Assembly (NCBI GenBank): GCA_035467535.1
Contig: DATITS010000059.1
Coordinates: 514 to 64,513, forward strand
Reading direction: 5' to 3'
Source of the DNA: Desulfobacterales bacterium
GTDB taxonomy: Bacteria > Desulfobacterota > Desulfobacteria > Desulfobacterales > SpSt-501
Length of the DNA stretch: 64,000 bases
Part shown: positions 51,907 to 60,186 of the stretch, one piece after another
How the letters are laid out: each line of letters starts with the position of its first letter
Position numbering within the stretch: position 1 is the stretch's first letter
Notes under the pieces: model-generated
Database searches by the model: none
What the model saw: only the letters and a program-made list of their open reading frames with translations
What the model was told of the DNA's origin: nothing
Program-made: the position numbers and the translations under genes

Positions 51907-52701
51907 ATGAACACCTTCAATGGTTTGCGCCCCAAAGTGATAGTCGACCCGGCAAAATCGATCGCCGATCAAATTTACGAAACGCTTAAGAACGCAATCA
52001 TCAGGGGCGAAATCGCGCCCAGCCAACGGCTATTCGAGGTGGAGGTTGCCAAAATCTTCAACGCCAGCCGAACGCCGGTGCGGGAGGCTTTCCGGAGGCT
52101 GGAACAGGACGGCGCTGCCGAACGGCTGGCGCAGGGTGGCATTCGAGTTCCCCAGTTAGACGAGCAGAGCATTCAAGACCTTTTCAATCTGCGCATCATC
52201 CTCGAAGTTCATGCCATTGAGCTTGCAAGCGCGCGCATCAGCGCGGAAGAGATCGCCTACCTGAAGCAGATCCGGGCACAGGCGAACGAGTTGCTCCAGT
52301 CGAGCGACATCGGCCAAGACTTCACTTTGAGCAGGTTTTTTGAACTTAACTCCATGTTCCACGACACCATCTACAACGCGACCCGCAGCAGGGTCCTCAT
52401 CAAAGTGATCAGCAACATCCGCGCCATGGTATTGAGCATGCGATCCATGAGCATTCGCTTAGACTCGATCCGCGAAGTTTGGAATGAGCACAGCCGGCTC
52501 ATTGACCACCTCGAAGGCAAGGAAAAAACAGCTGCGGTCCGGTTGGTAAAGGAGCACGTATCCAAAACCGCGAGTCAGGTCTTGTCATTTGTTCGGTCGA
52601 AACGATCCGACACCACCGACCCTGCCGGCGCAGGCGCCCCGCAGAAATCCATTGCCGGCCGAAAGCAGGCGGTCAAGCGTAAGAAGCATCGCGCGGGCTG
52701 A
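51907..52701 (+). CDS. GntR family regulator (FCD subfamily), copy 3
   Basis: The HTH region EVEVAKIFNASRTPVREAFRRLEQDG is followed by an FCD domain and a basic C-terminal tail. Confidence 0.85.
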   Translation: MNTFNGLRPKVIVDPAKSIADQIYETLKNAIIRGEIAPSQRLFEVEVAKIFNASRTPVREAFRRLEQDGAAERLAQGGIRVPQLDEQSIQDLFNLRIILEVHAIELASARISAEEIAYLKQIRAQANELLQSSDIGQDFTLSRFFELNSMFHDTIYNATRSRVLIKVISNIRAMVLSMRSMSIRLDSIREVWNEHSRLIDHLEGKEKTAAVRLVKEHVSKTASQVLSFVRSKRSDTTDPAGAGAPQKSIAGRKQAVKRKKHRAG

Positions 52702-52720
52702 TTAGAAGGAGGATACGCAA

Positions 52721-53542
52721 GTGTTGCTGACTCGGCATCTTACCGACAACGGCGTTCGTTGGGCTTCGAATGGAATGTTTCTGACACCCTTTTTTTCGCT
52801 TTCGGCCTTTTTAGGGGTATCGCGCGCGAATGGCATTCAAATGGTCGAAGCTCACTTGACCGACAGCCCCGCCGCGGGTTCGTTGCTGGCTCCCCTTGAT
52901 GATTCGCAAGAAGTGTGGGCCAGCGGGGTCACGTATCTTCGCAGCCGGGAGGCTCGCAAGGAAGAATCCGAAGCTGCCGATATTTACCAGAAAGTGTACG
53001 ATGCGGATCGACCGGAGCTTTTTTTCAAGGTCTGCGGGTGGCGGGTGGTCGGACACGGTGGCGCTATCCGGGTGCGGCACGACAGTGCCTGGAACGTTCC
53101 TGAGCCTGAAATGACGATTGTCGTCAACTCACAGCGCGAAATCGTCGGCTATTGCGCCGGCAACGATGTTTCTTCCCGAAGCATTGAGGGCGAAAACCCG
53201 CTTTATCTGCCGCAAGCCAAAATATTCAACGGGTGCTGTGCCCTGGGCCCTGCCATCAAATTGGTTTATCCTGAGGAGATCAGGGAGATCGCCATTCATT
53301 TGGAAATCATGCGCGGGGGGGCCTCGGTGTTCGAAGGAAACACGCGGACCTCCATGATAAATCGGCCGCTTGAAAATTTGATCGAATTTCTATTCCGGGA
53401 GACGGACTTTCCAACCGGCGTATTCCTGATGACCGGAACCGGTATTGTGCCCCCGGAGAGTTTTTCACTATCAGTTGGAGACAGAGTTGTTATTACCATC
53501 GGTGAACTAAGCCTTGGAAATGTTGTTGCCAGCGGTCGCTAA
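52721..53542 (+). CDS. Fumarylacetoacetate-hydrolase family protein, 2-keto-3-deoxy-arabinonate-dehydratase (KdaD)-like
   Basis: EVWASGVTYLRSREARKEES, RPELFFK, WNVPEPEMTIVVNS, GNDVSSRSIEGENPLYLPQAKIFNGCCALGP. The GTG start follows GAAGGAGGA. The subfamily call is from memory. Confidence 0.7.
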   Translation: MLLTRHLTDNGVRWASNGMFLTPFFSLSAFLGVSRANGIQMVEAHLTDSPAAGSLLAPLDDSQEVWASGVTYLRSREARKEESEAADIYQKVYDADRPELFFKVCGWRVVGHGGAIRVRHDSAWNVPEPEMTIVVNSQREIVGYCAGNDVSSRSIEGENPLYLPQAKIFNGCCALGPAIKLVYPEEIREIAIHLEIMRGGASVFEGNTRTSMINRPLENLIEFLFRETDFPTGVFLMTGTGIVPPESFSLSVGDRVVITIGELSLGNVVASGR

Positions 53543-53724
53543 TGCCGACGGCGGGTTCATCCGATGGGCTCTTCGCTTAGACCCTTGCAAGGCCTCAGTG
53601 CTCATCGCATGAGACCATCTGCCGTGCAGACGATCCATCACTTTCAGCATGAGGACCCGTAGGCCTTCATAACCAGGCGGTTTTGCACTTCGGGATCCCC
53701 TCGAAACGTCGATGGAGACCGCTT

Positions 53725-55161
53725 TTATTCCTCTATTCCGGCCAGGCGGCGGGCGGCGCGTTTACGCGCCTCGACGTCGCTTTCCCGCAGGATGGTCACC
53801 CGGTGGGCTTCGGGAGAGCCGCCCCCGTGGATGTCCGAAATCGTGTCCGCACTTTCCATCGCCATTTTTTCAACCAGGCGAAACATCTTGACCCGTTTTT
53901 CCACCGGCACATCCTGCTTGCCCTTCAGGTATTTTTTCAGCAGCCCGCCGATTTCCGGGTTGTCGAAATCGCGATCCGAGGGCAGATCTGCAACGTATCC
54001 TCCGCAGACATCGACCATCAAGCGAATGGCCTCGGCCATTTCCTTGCCCTCGTGTATTTTAGATGCATTCGCCAGCACCGTGTCGATAAAATAGGTCCCC
54101 GACGGCATCTTCATGCCCTCGTAAGAGGCCGCCAAGCTGCATCCGTACAGGGTTTCGGCGCGGTGAATCATGTCGATAATTTTTTGTTTGAGGTGGCCGG
54201 CCCGGCTCGTGCCGTTGTAGTCCATCATCGTCAGGGCTGCGCCGGTCATGCAGTCGATCTTGCCGGATTTGCACCCCCCGTGGCTCTGGCGGTGGAAGGA
54301 AGAGAACGTGACGACCATGTCGACGGCAAACTCCGTTTCGCCGCACATGAAGACGCGCTCCCACGGCACGAAGACGTCGTCGAAGATGACCGTCGGGCAG
54401 TACTTGGAATAACGGACATTGCCGATGTCGCAACCTTCCAGCTCCCGGCTGTCCAGGCTGGAGCGCCCCACGACGTGAATCAGCCCCGGCGTGTCGTTGG
54501 GGATGGCGAACGCCACGGCATAGTCTTCGTCCCCCGGTCGCAGCGCCCGGGTCGGCAAAACGATGATCTCGTGGGAGGAGAGCGAGCCTGTCTGATGGGC
54601 CTTGGCGCCTCGCACGACAATACCGTCATCCCGGCGCTCGACCACGCGCAGGTACATGTCCTTATCCGCCTGCTCGTGGGAACCGAGCGAGCGGTCGCCT
54701 TTGACGTCCGTAACCCCGGCATTGCAGGTCAGATCATTTTTTTGAACGTGTTTCAAAAAACCCTGGAACCGTTCGAAGTAAGGTGTGTCGTGTTTCTGAT
54801 CGATGTCGTAGGTGACGATGGACAATGCCGATAGACAGTCCAGTCCGGTGCAGCGCTGGTGGCAGGTGCCGACACGATTGCCGAGCGCGCGGTTGATCTT
54901 GACGCGGGCGACCAGATCGGCGATCGAACCGGGGGGCAGCGTGAAACGGTTGACCGGTTCGTCTATCAGCGGGCTGTGGGCCAGGATCAGATCGCGGTAT
55001 TCATCCATCTGCGCCAGCTCGTAGGTGGCGCCGGTCGACTCGATACCGGATCGCAGGCGGGGATTGTCGACGATGTCGGTGATGCGCTCACCGAACATGT
55101 AGGCGGTCGGCTTCATCTGCCGCAGCGATTCGATGTACTCTTCCTTGGTTTTAACTCCCAT
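53725..55161 (-). CDS. 4-hydroxybutyryl-CoA dehydratase/vinylacetyl-CoA isomerase (AbfD)-like Fe-S flavoenzyme
   Basis: The protein belongs to the 4-hydroxyphenylacetate-3-hydroxylase/AbfD fold. C100-x3-C104 (GTCHQRCTG) and H290-x6-C297 (FHRQSHGGC) reproduce the spacing of the AbfD [4Fe-4S] ligands (C99, C103, H292, C299, as I recall). The start MGVKTKEEY follows GAGGAG. Confidence 0.75.
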   Translation of the reverse strand: MGVKTKEEYIESLRQMKPTAYMFGERITDIVDNPRLRSGIESTGATYELAQMDEYRDLILAHSPLIDEPVNRFTLPPGSIADLVARVKINRALGNRVGTCHQRCTGLDCLSALSIVTYDIDQKHDTPYFERFQGFLKHVQKNDLTCNAGVTDVKGDRSLGSHEQADKDMYLRVVERRDDGIVVRGAKAHQTGSLSSHEIIVLPTRALRPGDEDYAVAFAIPNDTPGLIHVVGRSSLDSRELEGCDIGNVRYSKYCPTVIFDDVFVPWERVFMCGETEFAVDMVVTFSSFHRQSHGGCKSGKIDCMTGAALTMMDYNGTSRAGHLKQKIIDMIHRAETLYGCSLAASYEGMKMPSGTYFIDTVLANASKIHEGKEMAEAIRLMVDVCGGYVADLPSDRDFDNPEIGGLLKKYLKGKQDVPVEKRVKMFRLVEKMAMESADTISDIHGGGSPEAHRVTILRESDVEARKRAARRLAGIEE

Positions 55162-55245
55162 TTCAACTATCTCCTCATGCATGACGTGATTTGCAATGAT
55201 GTGCGCCCGGTTGTCACCTTCGGCGGCGCTTCCGGGAGGCTCGCG

Positions 55246-55785
55246 TCAGGCCGGCCTGACACGCTTTACTCCCAAGTCCAAGGCGCTCAAGTTGACCTGA
55301 TCCTTGCCCGCAGGAACCGCGGCCACGATCGCCGCCTCCAACGCCTTGCGGCTGACGATTTCGGTAATCTTGAACAAGGCACCGAGCATGACAATATTCG
55401 CCGCCAGAGGCACCTTCAGCTCGTTGCGCGCGATCGAGGTGGCTGCGACGTGATATACCTTCTTGGCATTCGGCGGCGTGCTCCGAACCATGTCGCTGTC
55501 GACGATCAGAATCCCGCTCGACTTCAAAGCAGCTCCGAAACGGTCGATGGAGTCCTGCGCCTGGGCCACGAGAATGTCCGACTGAATGACCCGCGGATAC
55601 TCGATGGGCTGATCGGATACGATGACCCAGGTTGCGGCAAACCCCCCGCGCAACTCTGAGGAATAGGCCTGCGTCTGGGTCGCATAGCGACGGTCGAAGG
55701 TGACGGCCGCCGATCCCAGGATCACGCCGGCCAGGATCGATCCTTGTCCCCCGACTCCGGCTATGGTCAGGTCTGTTTGTGCCAT
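55246..55785 (-). CDS. 2-oxoacid:ferredoxin oxidoreductase, gamma subunit
   Basis: MAQTDLTIAGVGGQGSILAG...; the ATG overlaps the beta-subunit stop. Confidence 0.8.
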   Translation of the reverse strand: MAQTDLTIAGVGGQGSILAGVILGSAAVTFDRRYATQTQAYSSELRGGFAATWVIVSDQPIEYPRVIQSDILVAQAQDSIDRFGAALKSSGILIVDSDMVRSTPPNAKKVYHVAATSIARNELKVPLAANIVMLGALFKITEIVSRKALEAAIVAAVPAGKDQVNLSALDLGVKRVRPA

Positions 55786-56618
55786 TAGGCCTCCTCCGCC
55801 AATTCGCAGCGCAGCCGGGCCCACTGGGCGCTCAACTCGGCTTTTTCTCGGTCGACGAATTCGCCCACGATGATTTTCCCCTCGAGCTGCGCCGGGGCCA
55901 TCTCCAGCGCCTTGTCGCGCCGCACGCTGTTTTCTTTAAAATGTTGCAACATGCGGGTCGCGCCGCCCAACTTGCTGGCCCGGCCGAATTGCACCGGACA
56001 CTGGCTCACGGCTTCGATCAGCGCAAACCCTTTTTTTTCAATGCCTTTTTTGATGGCGCGGCACATTTGGCGGGGGTGATGGGTCGTCCAGCGCGCAACG
56101 TAGGACGCCCCGGCGGCAGTGACCATCTCCGAAACGTCAAAATCGTATTCCATGGAACCGTACGGGCTGGTGATGGTCTTTATTCCCGGGGGGGTCGTGG
56201 GTGCCGTCTGTCCGCCGGTCATCCCATAAATTCCGTTGTTGATCAGCACCACGGTCAGGTTGATGTTGCGCCGGGCCGCGTGAATCAAATGATTGCCGCC
56301 GATCGCCGTCAAATCGCCGTCACCGCTGACCACCATCACGTGCTTGTGCGGCAGACCGAGCTTGACGCCCGTAGCAAAGGCAATCGGCCTGCCGTGCGTG
56401 GTGTGCAGCGTGTCGGTGTTGTAAAAAGGACTCGGGACCCAGGCTGAACAGCCGATGCCCGAAACAAAAACAAAATCATCGATATCGATTTGCAGCTCGT
56501 CAATCGCCCACAGGATCGATTGCGAGACCGTACCGATGCCGCATCCGGGGCAGGTGGTGGTGCGGGCGACATGGCGGCGGGTATATTTTTCCCTCAATGG
56601 ATGGGTAGTTGCCGTCAT
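55785..56618 (-). CDS. 2-oxoacid:ferredoxin oxidoreductase, beta (TPP-binding) subunit
   Basis: CPGCGIG, GIGCSAW and the GDGD..IGGNH..NNGIYGMTGGQ TPP motif are present. Confidence 0.85.
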   Translation of the reverse strand: MTATTHPLREKYTRRHVARTTTCPGCGIGTVSQSILWAIDELQIDIDDFVFVSGIGCSAWVPSPFYNTDTLHTTHGRPIAFATGVKLGLPHKHVMVVSGDGDLTAIGGNHLIHAARRNINLTVVLINNGIYGMTGGQTAPTTPPGIKTITSPYGSMEYDFDVSEMVTAAGASYVARWTTHHPRQMCRAIKKGIEKKGFALIEAVSQCPVQFGRASKLGGATRMLQHFKENSVRRDKALEMAPAQLEGKIIVGEFVDREKAELSAQWARLRCELAEEA

Positions 56619-57772
56619 TGCATCATCTCCTTGACCTTCGCTACGATGTATTCCGGATCGTGGATCTGCCCCAGGAGCTGGGGGCCCAGAAAAGAGACCC
56701 GGCAGGCATGCGCGGATTCGGCCTTGATATAGGGGTAGAGCTGTCCGGTGTTGTTTTCCAATACCAGCAGGTGCTCGACACGCTCCGCCACGCGGCGAAT
56801 TTCAAGGTCGGGAAGCGGCCAGCAGGTCACCAGGCGCAGCGTGCCCACCTTTAATCCCTGGCTGCGCGCCATGCGTGCCGCCGCACGCGCCGAGCGTGAC
56901 ACCGTGCCGCAGCTGACGAGCACCAGTTCGGCATCGCCGGCCTCGTCCCGCACCTGCACGATGTCGTCGCGGTGGCTGAGGATCTTTTCGATCGGCCGCA
57001 TCACATAGCGGTGCATGGTCTCCGGGTCCGACAGGTTCCGCATGCCGTGTTCGTCATGGCAGGAGCTGGTCACATGGGCCTTGAGTCCCCGGCCGAACAC
57101 GGGCATGGGCGCCACGTCGACGTCCAGAAAATCGATACGTTCAAGAACCGTCTCGGCCGGCGCTGCAATCTTTCGACTCTCGATGGCGATCTGCTCGCCC
57201 GGGGGAATGACGATCTGCTCCCGCATGTGCCCGATAAAACCGTCGGCGAGCACAAAGACCGGCACCCGATATTTCTCTGCCAGGTTGAACGCGCGGATGG
57301 TCAGGTCGAACATCTCCTGGGGGCTCTCCGGGCACAGGGCGATGATCTGATAGTCCCCGTGGGACCCACGGGCGACCTGGACGACATCACCGCCGAGTCC
57401 GACCGACGGCACCCCGGTGGACGGCCCGAAGCGCTGCACATCGACAATGACCAGCGGTGTTTCCGTGGCGACCGCGAAACCGATGGTTTCCTGCATCAGA
57501 CTGATGCCGGGACCGGAAGTGACGGTCATGGCCTTGCACCCGGCCCAGGAAGCACCGACCGCCGAACAGATGGCGCTGATTTCGTCTTCGGTTTGCAGGA
57601 AAGTGCCGTCCAAGTGCGGCAACCTGGCAGCCAATTGGTTGGCGATTTCACTGGCCGGCGTAATCGGGTATCCGGCCACGAAATTGCACCCGGCGGCAAG
57701 GGCGCCCTCGGTGCAGGCCCAATTGCCCATTTCGAAGTGGGTTCCCGTTAAAACTCTATGGTTCCGACCCAT
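56615..57772 (-). CDS. 2-oxoacid:ferredoxin oxidoreductase, alpha subunit
   Basis: GNWACTEGALAAGCNFVAGYPITPASEI...TSGPGISLMQE. Confidence 0.85.
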   Translation of the reverse strand: MGRNHRVLTGTHFEMGNWACTEGALAAGCNFVAGYPITPASEIANQLAARLPHLDGTFLQTEDEISAICSAVGASWAGCKAMTVTSGPGISLMQETIGFAVATETPLVIVDVQRFGPSTGVPSVGLGGDVVQVARGSHGDYQIIALCPESPQEMFDLTIRAFNLAEKYRVPVFVLADGFIGHMREQIVIPPGEQIAIESRKIAAPAETVLERIDFLDVDVAPMPVFGRGLKAHVTSSCHDEHGMRNLSDPETMHRYVMRPIEKILSHRDDIVQVRDEAGDAELVLVSCGTVSRSARAAARMARSQGLKVGTLRLVTCWPLPDLEIRRVAERVEHLLVLENNTGQLYPYIKAESAHACRVSFLGPQLLGQIHDPEYIVAKVKEMMQ

Positions 57773-58019
57773 GAGAATCCTCTGAATTGCAATCGGTCAA
57801 TTTTTCTCCCTTTTCAACAATGATCGCGAAATCAGGACAGCAGAGCATGCACGTTCGGCAGCCGGTGCATTCATCCGGGTCCGTCAGTTCGGGCGGATAG
57901 TAGCCGGCCGCGTTCATTTCCCTGCAGGCCTGGAACAACTGCTGCGGACAGACAAACTTGCAAATCCCGCAATCATCGACGCCCTTGCATGACTGCGGGA
58001 GTATCGTCAGCTTCGCCAT
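57756..58019 (-). CDS. 4Fe-4S dicluster ferredoxin (OFOR delta-type subunit)
   Basis: The 87-aa protein has CKGVDDCGICKFVCP and CTGCRTCMLCCP. AAGGAG precedes the ATG. Confidence 0.8.
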   Translation of the reverse strand: MAKLTILPQSCKGVDDCGICKFVCPQQLFQACREMNAAGYYPPELTDPDECTGCRTCMLCCPDFAIIVEKGEKLTDCNSEDSHGSEP

Positions 58020-58038
58020 ACAAATCTCCTTAACAGGC

Positions 58039-59109
58039 TCAGGAATACTTTATGTCCAAACCCAATCGAGCAGCTAGCGAATCCAACTCACGACAAGTGG
58101 CTTCGGAAATGAGAATCCCTTTCTCCAATCTTTGTTTTTGAGTTCGTGCCTCTATTTCTCCCGGGAAAAAAATCTCTTCAACGCCCTTTGCTTTTCCGCT
58201 GCTTTTTAGCATCAGGATGTATTCATCCAAGCTATTCTTAAAGGCATCGCGGCCGACGAAACAATCCGGATCGATCGCCATGAATGAATGGCAGGTGCCT
58301 TGTATTCCCGTAGGATCCTCTTCGTAAAGGCTTTTTATATTTCGCGTGATCTTGCCGCCCGTCAGCAAGGCGGCCAGAATCTCGTGGGCGACCGCCAAGC
58401 CGTATCCCTTGTGCCAGCCGATAGGGGCCAGGGATCCCCCGCCTTCATACCCTTCGTAGGGGTCTTCCGTGGGCAGACCCTCTTTGTCGACGGCCCATCC
58501 CAAGGGTATTTTTTCCCCTTTTTTGCGCATCAGGATCAAACGCCCCGAAGCCACTACCGAACATGAAAAGTCCACCACCACATCATCGTGCTTTTCTGCC
58601 GGAAAGGCGTAGGACATGGGGTTATTCCCCATGATTCGCTCACGACCGCCGAAAGGCGCCATCATGGGCGCTGAATTTGAGCAAATATAACCGACAAGGT
58701 CTTTTTCCGAGGCCATCATGGGAAAAAGACCGGTTACACCGAAATGCCCACTGTCTTTAACCGATACCCAGCCGATACAGTGCTCTTCGGCCAGTTCGAT
58801 CGCCAATTGCATGGCCTTGTAAGAAACCACATGCCCCATGGATCCGTGCGCATCGACAAAGGCCGACGCTCCTTTTCGCCGCGTAATGTCGAATCGGCAT
58901 TTTTTTCGGACAAAATCCTTTTCCAGCCGTTTTATATATATCGGCAGGCGCATTACACCGTGGCTCTCAATGCCACGCAAATCGGATCGAGCCAAAAGAT
59001 CCGCTACAATCGCAGCCTCATCTTCCGGAACGCCGACCGCCAGGTAGCATTGTTTAACGAAAAGGTTTAAGTCATCGAACCGGATGCGTCGAGTTCCATT
59101 ATTGCTCAT
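58039..59109 (-). CDS. Ldh_2 family (malate / L-sulfolactate / L-2-hydroxycarboxylate) dehydrogenase
   Basis: GIESHGVMRLPIYIKRL, SGHFG, NNPMSYAFP and GWHKGYGLA are present. The start MSNNGTRR (59109) follows AAGGAG. The gene is visibly more AT-rich than the OFOR genes downstream. Confidence 0.8.
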   Translation of the reverse strand: MSNNGTRRIRFDDLNLFVKQCYLAVGVPEDEAAIVADLLARSDLRGIESHGVMRLPIYIKRLEKDFVRKKCRFDITRRKGASAFVDAHGSMGHVVSYKAMQLAIELAEEHCIGWVSVKDSGHFGVTGLFPMMASEKDLVGYICSNSAPMMAPFGGRERIMGNNPMSYAFPAEKHDDVVVDFSCSVVASGRLILMRKKGEKIPLGWAVDKEGLPTEDPYEGYEGGGSLAPIGWHKGYGLAVAHEILAALLTGGKITRNIKSLYEEDPTGIQGTCHSFMAIDPDCFVGRDAFKNSLDEYILMLKSSGKAKGVEEIFFPGEIEARTQKQRLEKGILISEATCRELDSLAARLGLDIKYS

Positions 59110-59140
59110 CTCTTGCTCCTTGGATGGTATGGTGGTTGTC

Positions 59141-59172
59141 AAAATAACGTTCCGACTGTCGGGCGTTATTTT
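59141..59172. promoter_or_regulatory. 32-bp near-perfect palindrome in the leader of the Ldh_2-OFOR-AbfD operon
   Basis: AAAATAACGTTCCGAC-T-GTCGGGCGTTATTTT lies 32 nt upstream of the ATG at 59109. Confidence 0.4.
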
Positions 59173-59677
59173 GTTACAACCACTTATGCCGCCATCCTCT
59201 TTTTCGGAAAATTATTATGACAAGCGGTATAAAAACGCATTTTTGAGGGTAAGTATACGGAGTCTGCGCGTGTGTGTAAAGGACAAATCCAGGCTCTGAT
59301 ACGGCGGATTATCGATCATCGCCGGCCGGGGTCAATGCGAAACAGATCGACCTAATCCTTGAGGGGCAATTGAGTTATAGCGTGCATCGAACGAATCTCG
59401 GCCTTGGCAGAAGTGATTGGCGATCAGCAGGGGAAAGGTGTTGGTGGGATATACCCATAAATCACTATCTATCCGACCTTCTCCCAGAGAGGATATTCGC
59501 AATTTTCAGGTGAGTTGCTTGCTTTCGATTACCTGACGAAGTCCAATCGTCAGCATCTGCGGATAATATTGATCGGAAGTGCGCTTTTTTGACTATGACC
59601 CGAACATCTGTAGCATTTAGAAAGAATGGGAGGTGCAACTACAATGTATCGCGGGACCCAGTCAGGCCGGGTTGTGT

Positions 59678-59712
59678 AGGTTAGGTTGCCAATAAAGACG
59701 GCAACCTAACCT
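59678..59712 (-). terminator. 13-bp-stem hairpin downstream of the NTF2-like remnant
   Basis: The stems are AGGTTAGGTTGCC and GGCAACCTAACCT with a 9-nt loop. No U-run follows on either strand. Confidence 0.35.
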
Positions 59713-59750
59713 GCGCGGCGAAAGCGGCTGGAAAATAAAAATCGGGCAGA

Positions 59751-59954
59751 TCAGTTCGGCGCGAACGGCAGCGCCGACTTGTGAACAACAATCCTCAGCT
59801 TGCCGTCATCGCCCCGCTTGAACGCGAAGAACTTGTCGACCATGGTCTCGCCCCCCTTGGAATCGGTTATGAACACGTTACCCATAGTGAAAGCATAGTC
59901 GCCATCAATCAAGACGCCCGCGTTACCCCTGAACTCCCCGACTCGTGGAAATCT
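59751..59954 (-). pseudogene. C-terminal remnant of a SnoaL/DUF4440 (NTF2-like) protein
   Basis: The open frame, with no usable start, reads RFPRVGEFRGNAGVLIDGDYAFTMGNVFITDSKGGETMVDKFFAFKRGDDGKLRIVVHKSALPFAPN-stop. It is bounded upstream by an in-frame stop and an AT-rich junction. Confidence 0.45.
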
Positions 59955-59977
59955 TCAACATATAGTTTTAATTATAG

Positions 59978-60151
59978 TTAGATAATCAAGAAGTCCAGAT
60001 CGCCTCGTTCCACGTCGGGGTTGAGCTGGCGGATGGCCGAAAGGTTCTGCAAGCAGCGCACGGGGGTGAGCTTGCGATTGCTGCTGATATCGGGTATCAC
60101 CGTCAGCCCCGGCATGCGCGACAGATCCGGGCCGTAAAGGTACACGTCCAT
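59978..60151 (-). CDS. Small hypothetical ORF (57 aa) or gene fragment
   Basis: MDVYLYGPDLSRMPGLTVIPDISSNRKLTPVRCLQNLSAIRQLNPDVERGDLDFLII has a coding-like composition, but I recognise no family and see no clear RBS. Confidence 0.25.
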   Translation of the reverse strand: MDVYLYGPDLSRMPGLTVIPDISSNRKLTPVRCLQNLSAIRQLNPDVERGDLDFLII

Positions 60152-60186
60152 GATCCCCACCCTGGTCCCGTTGAATCTCCTATCCT

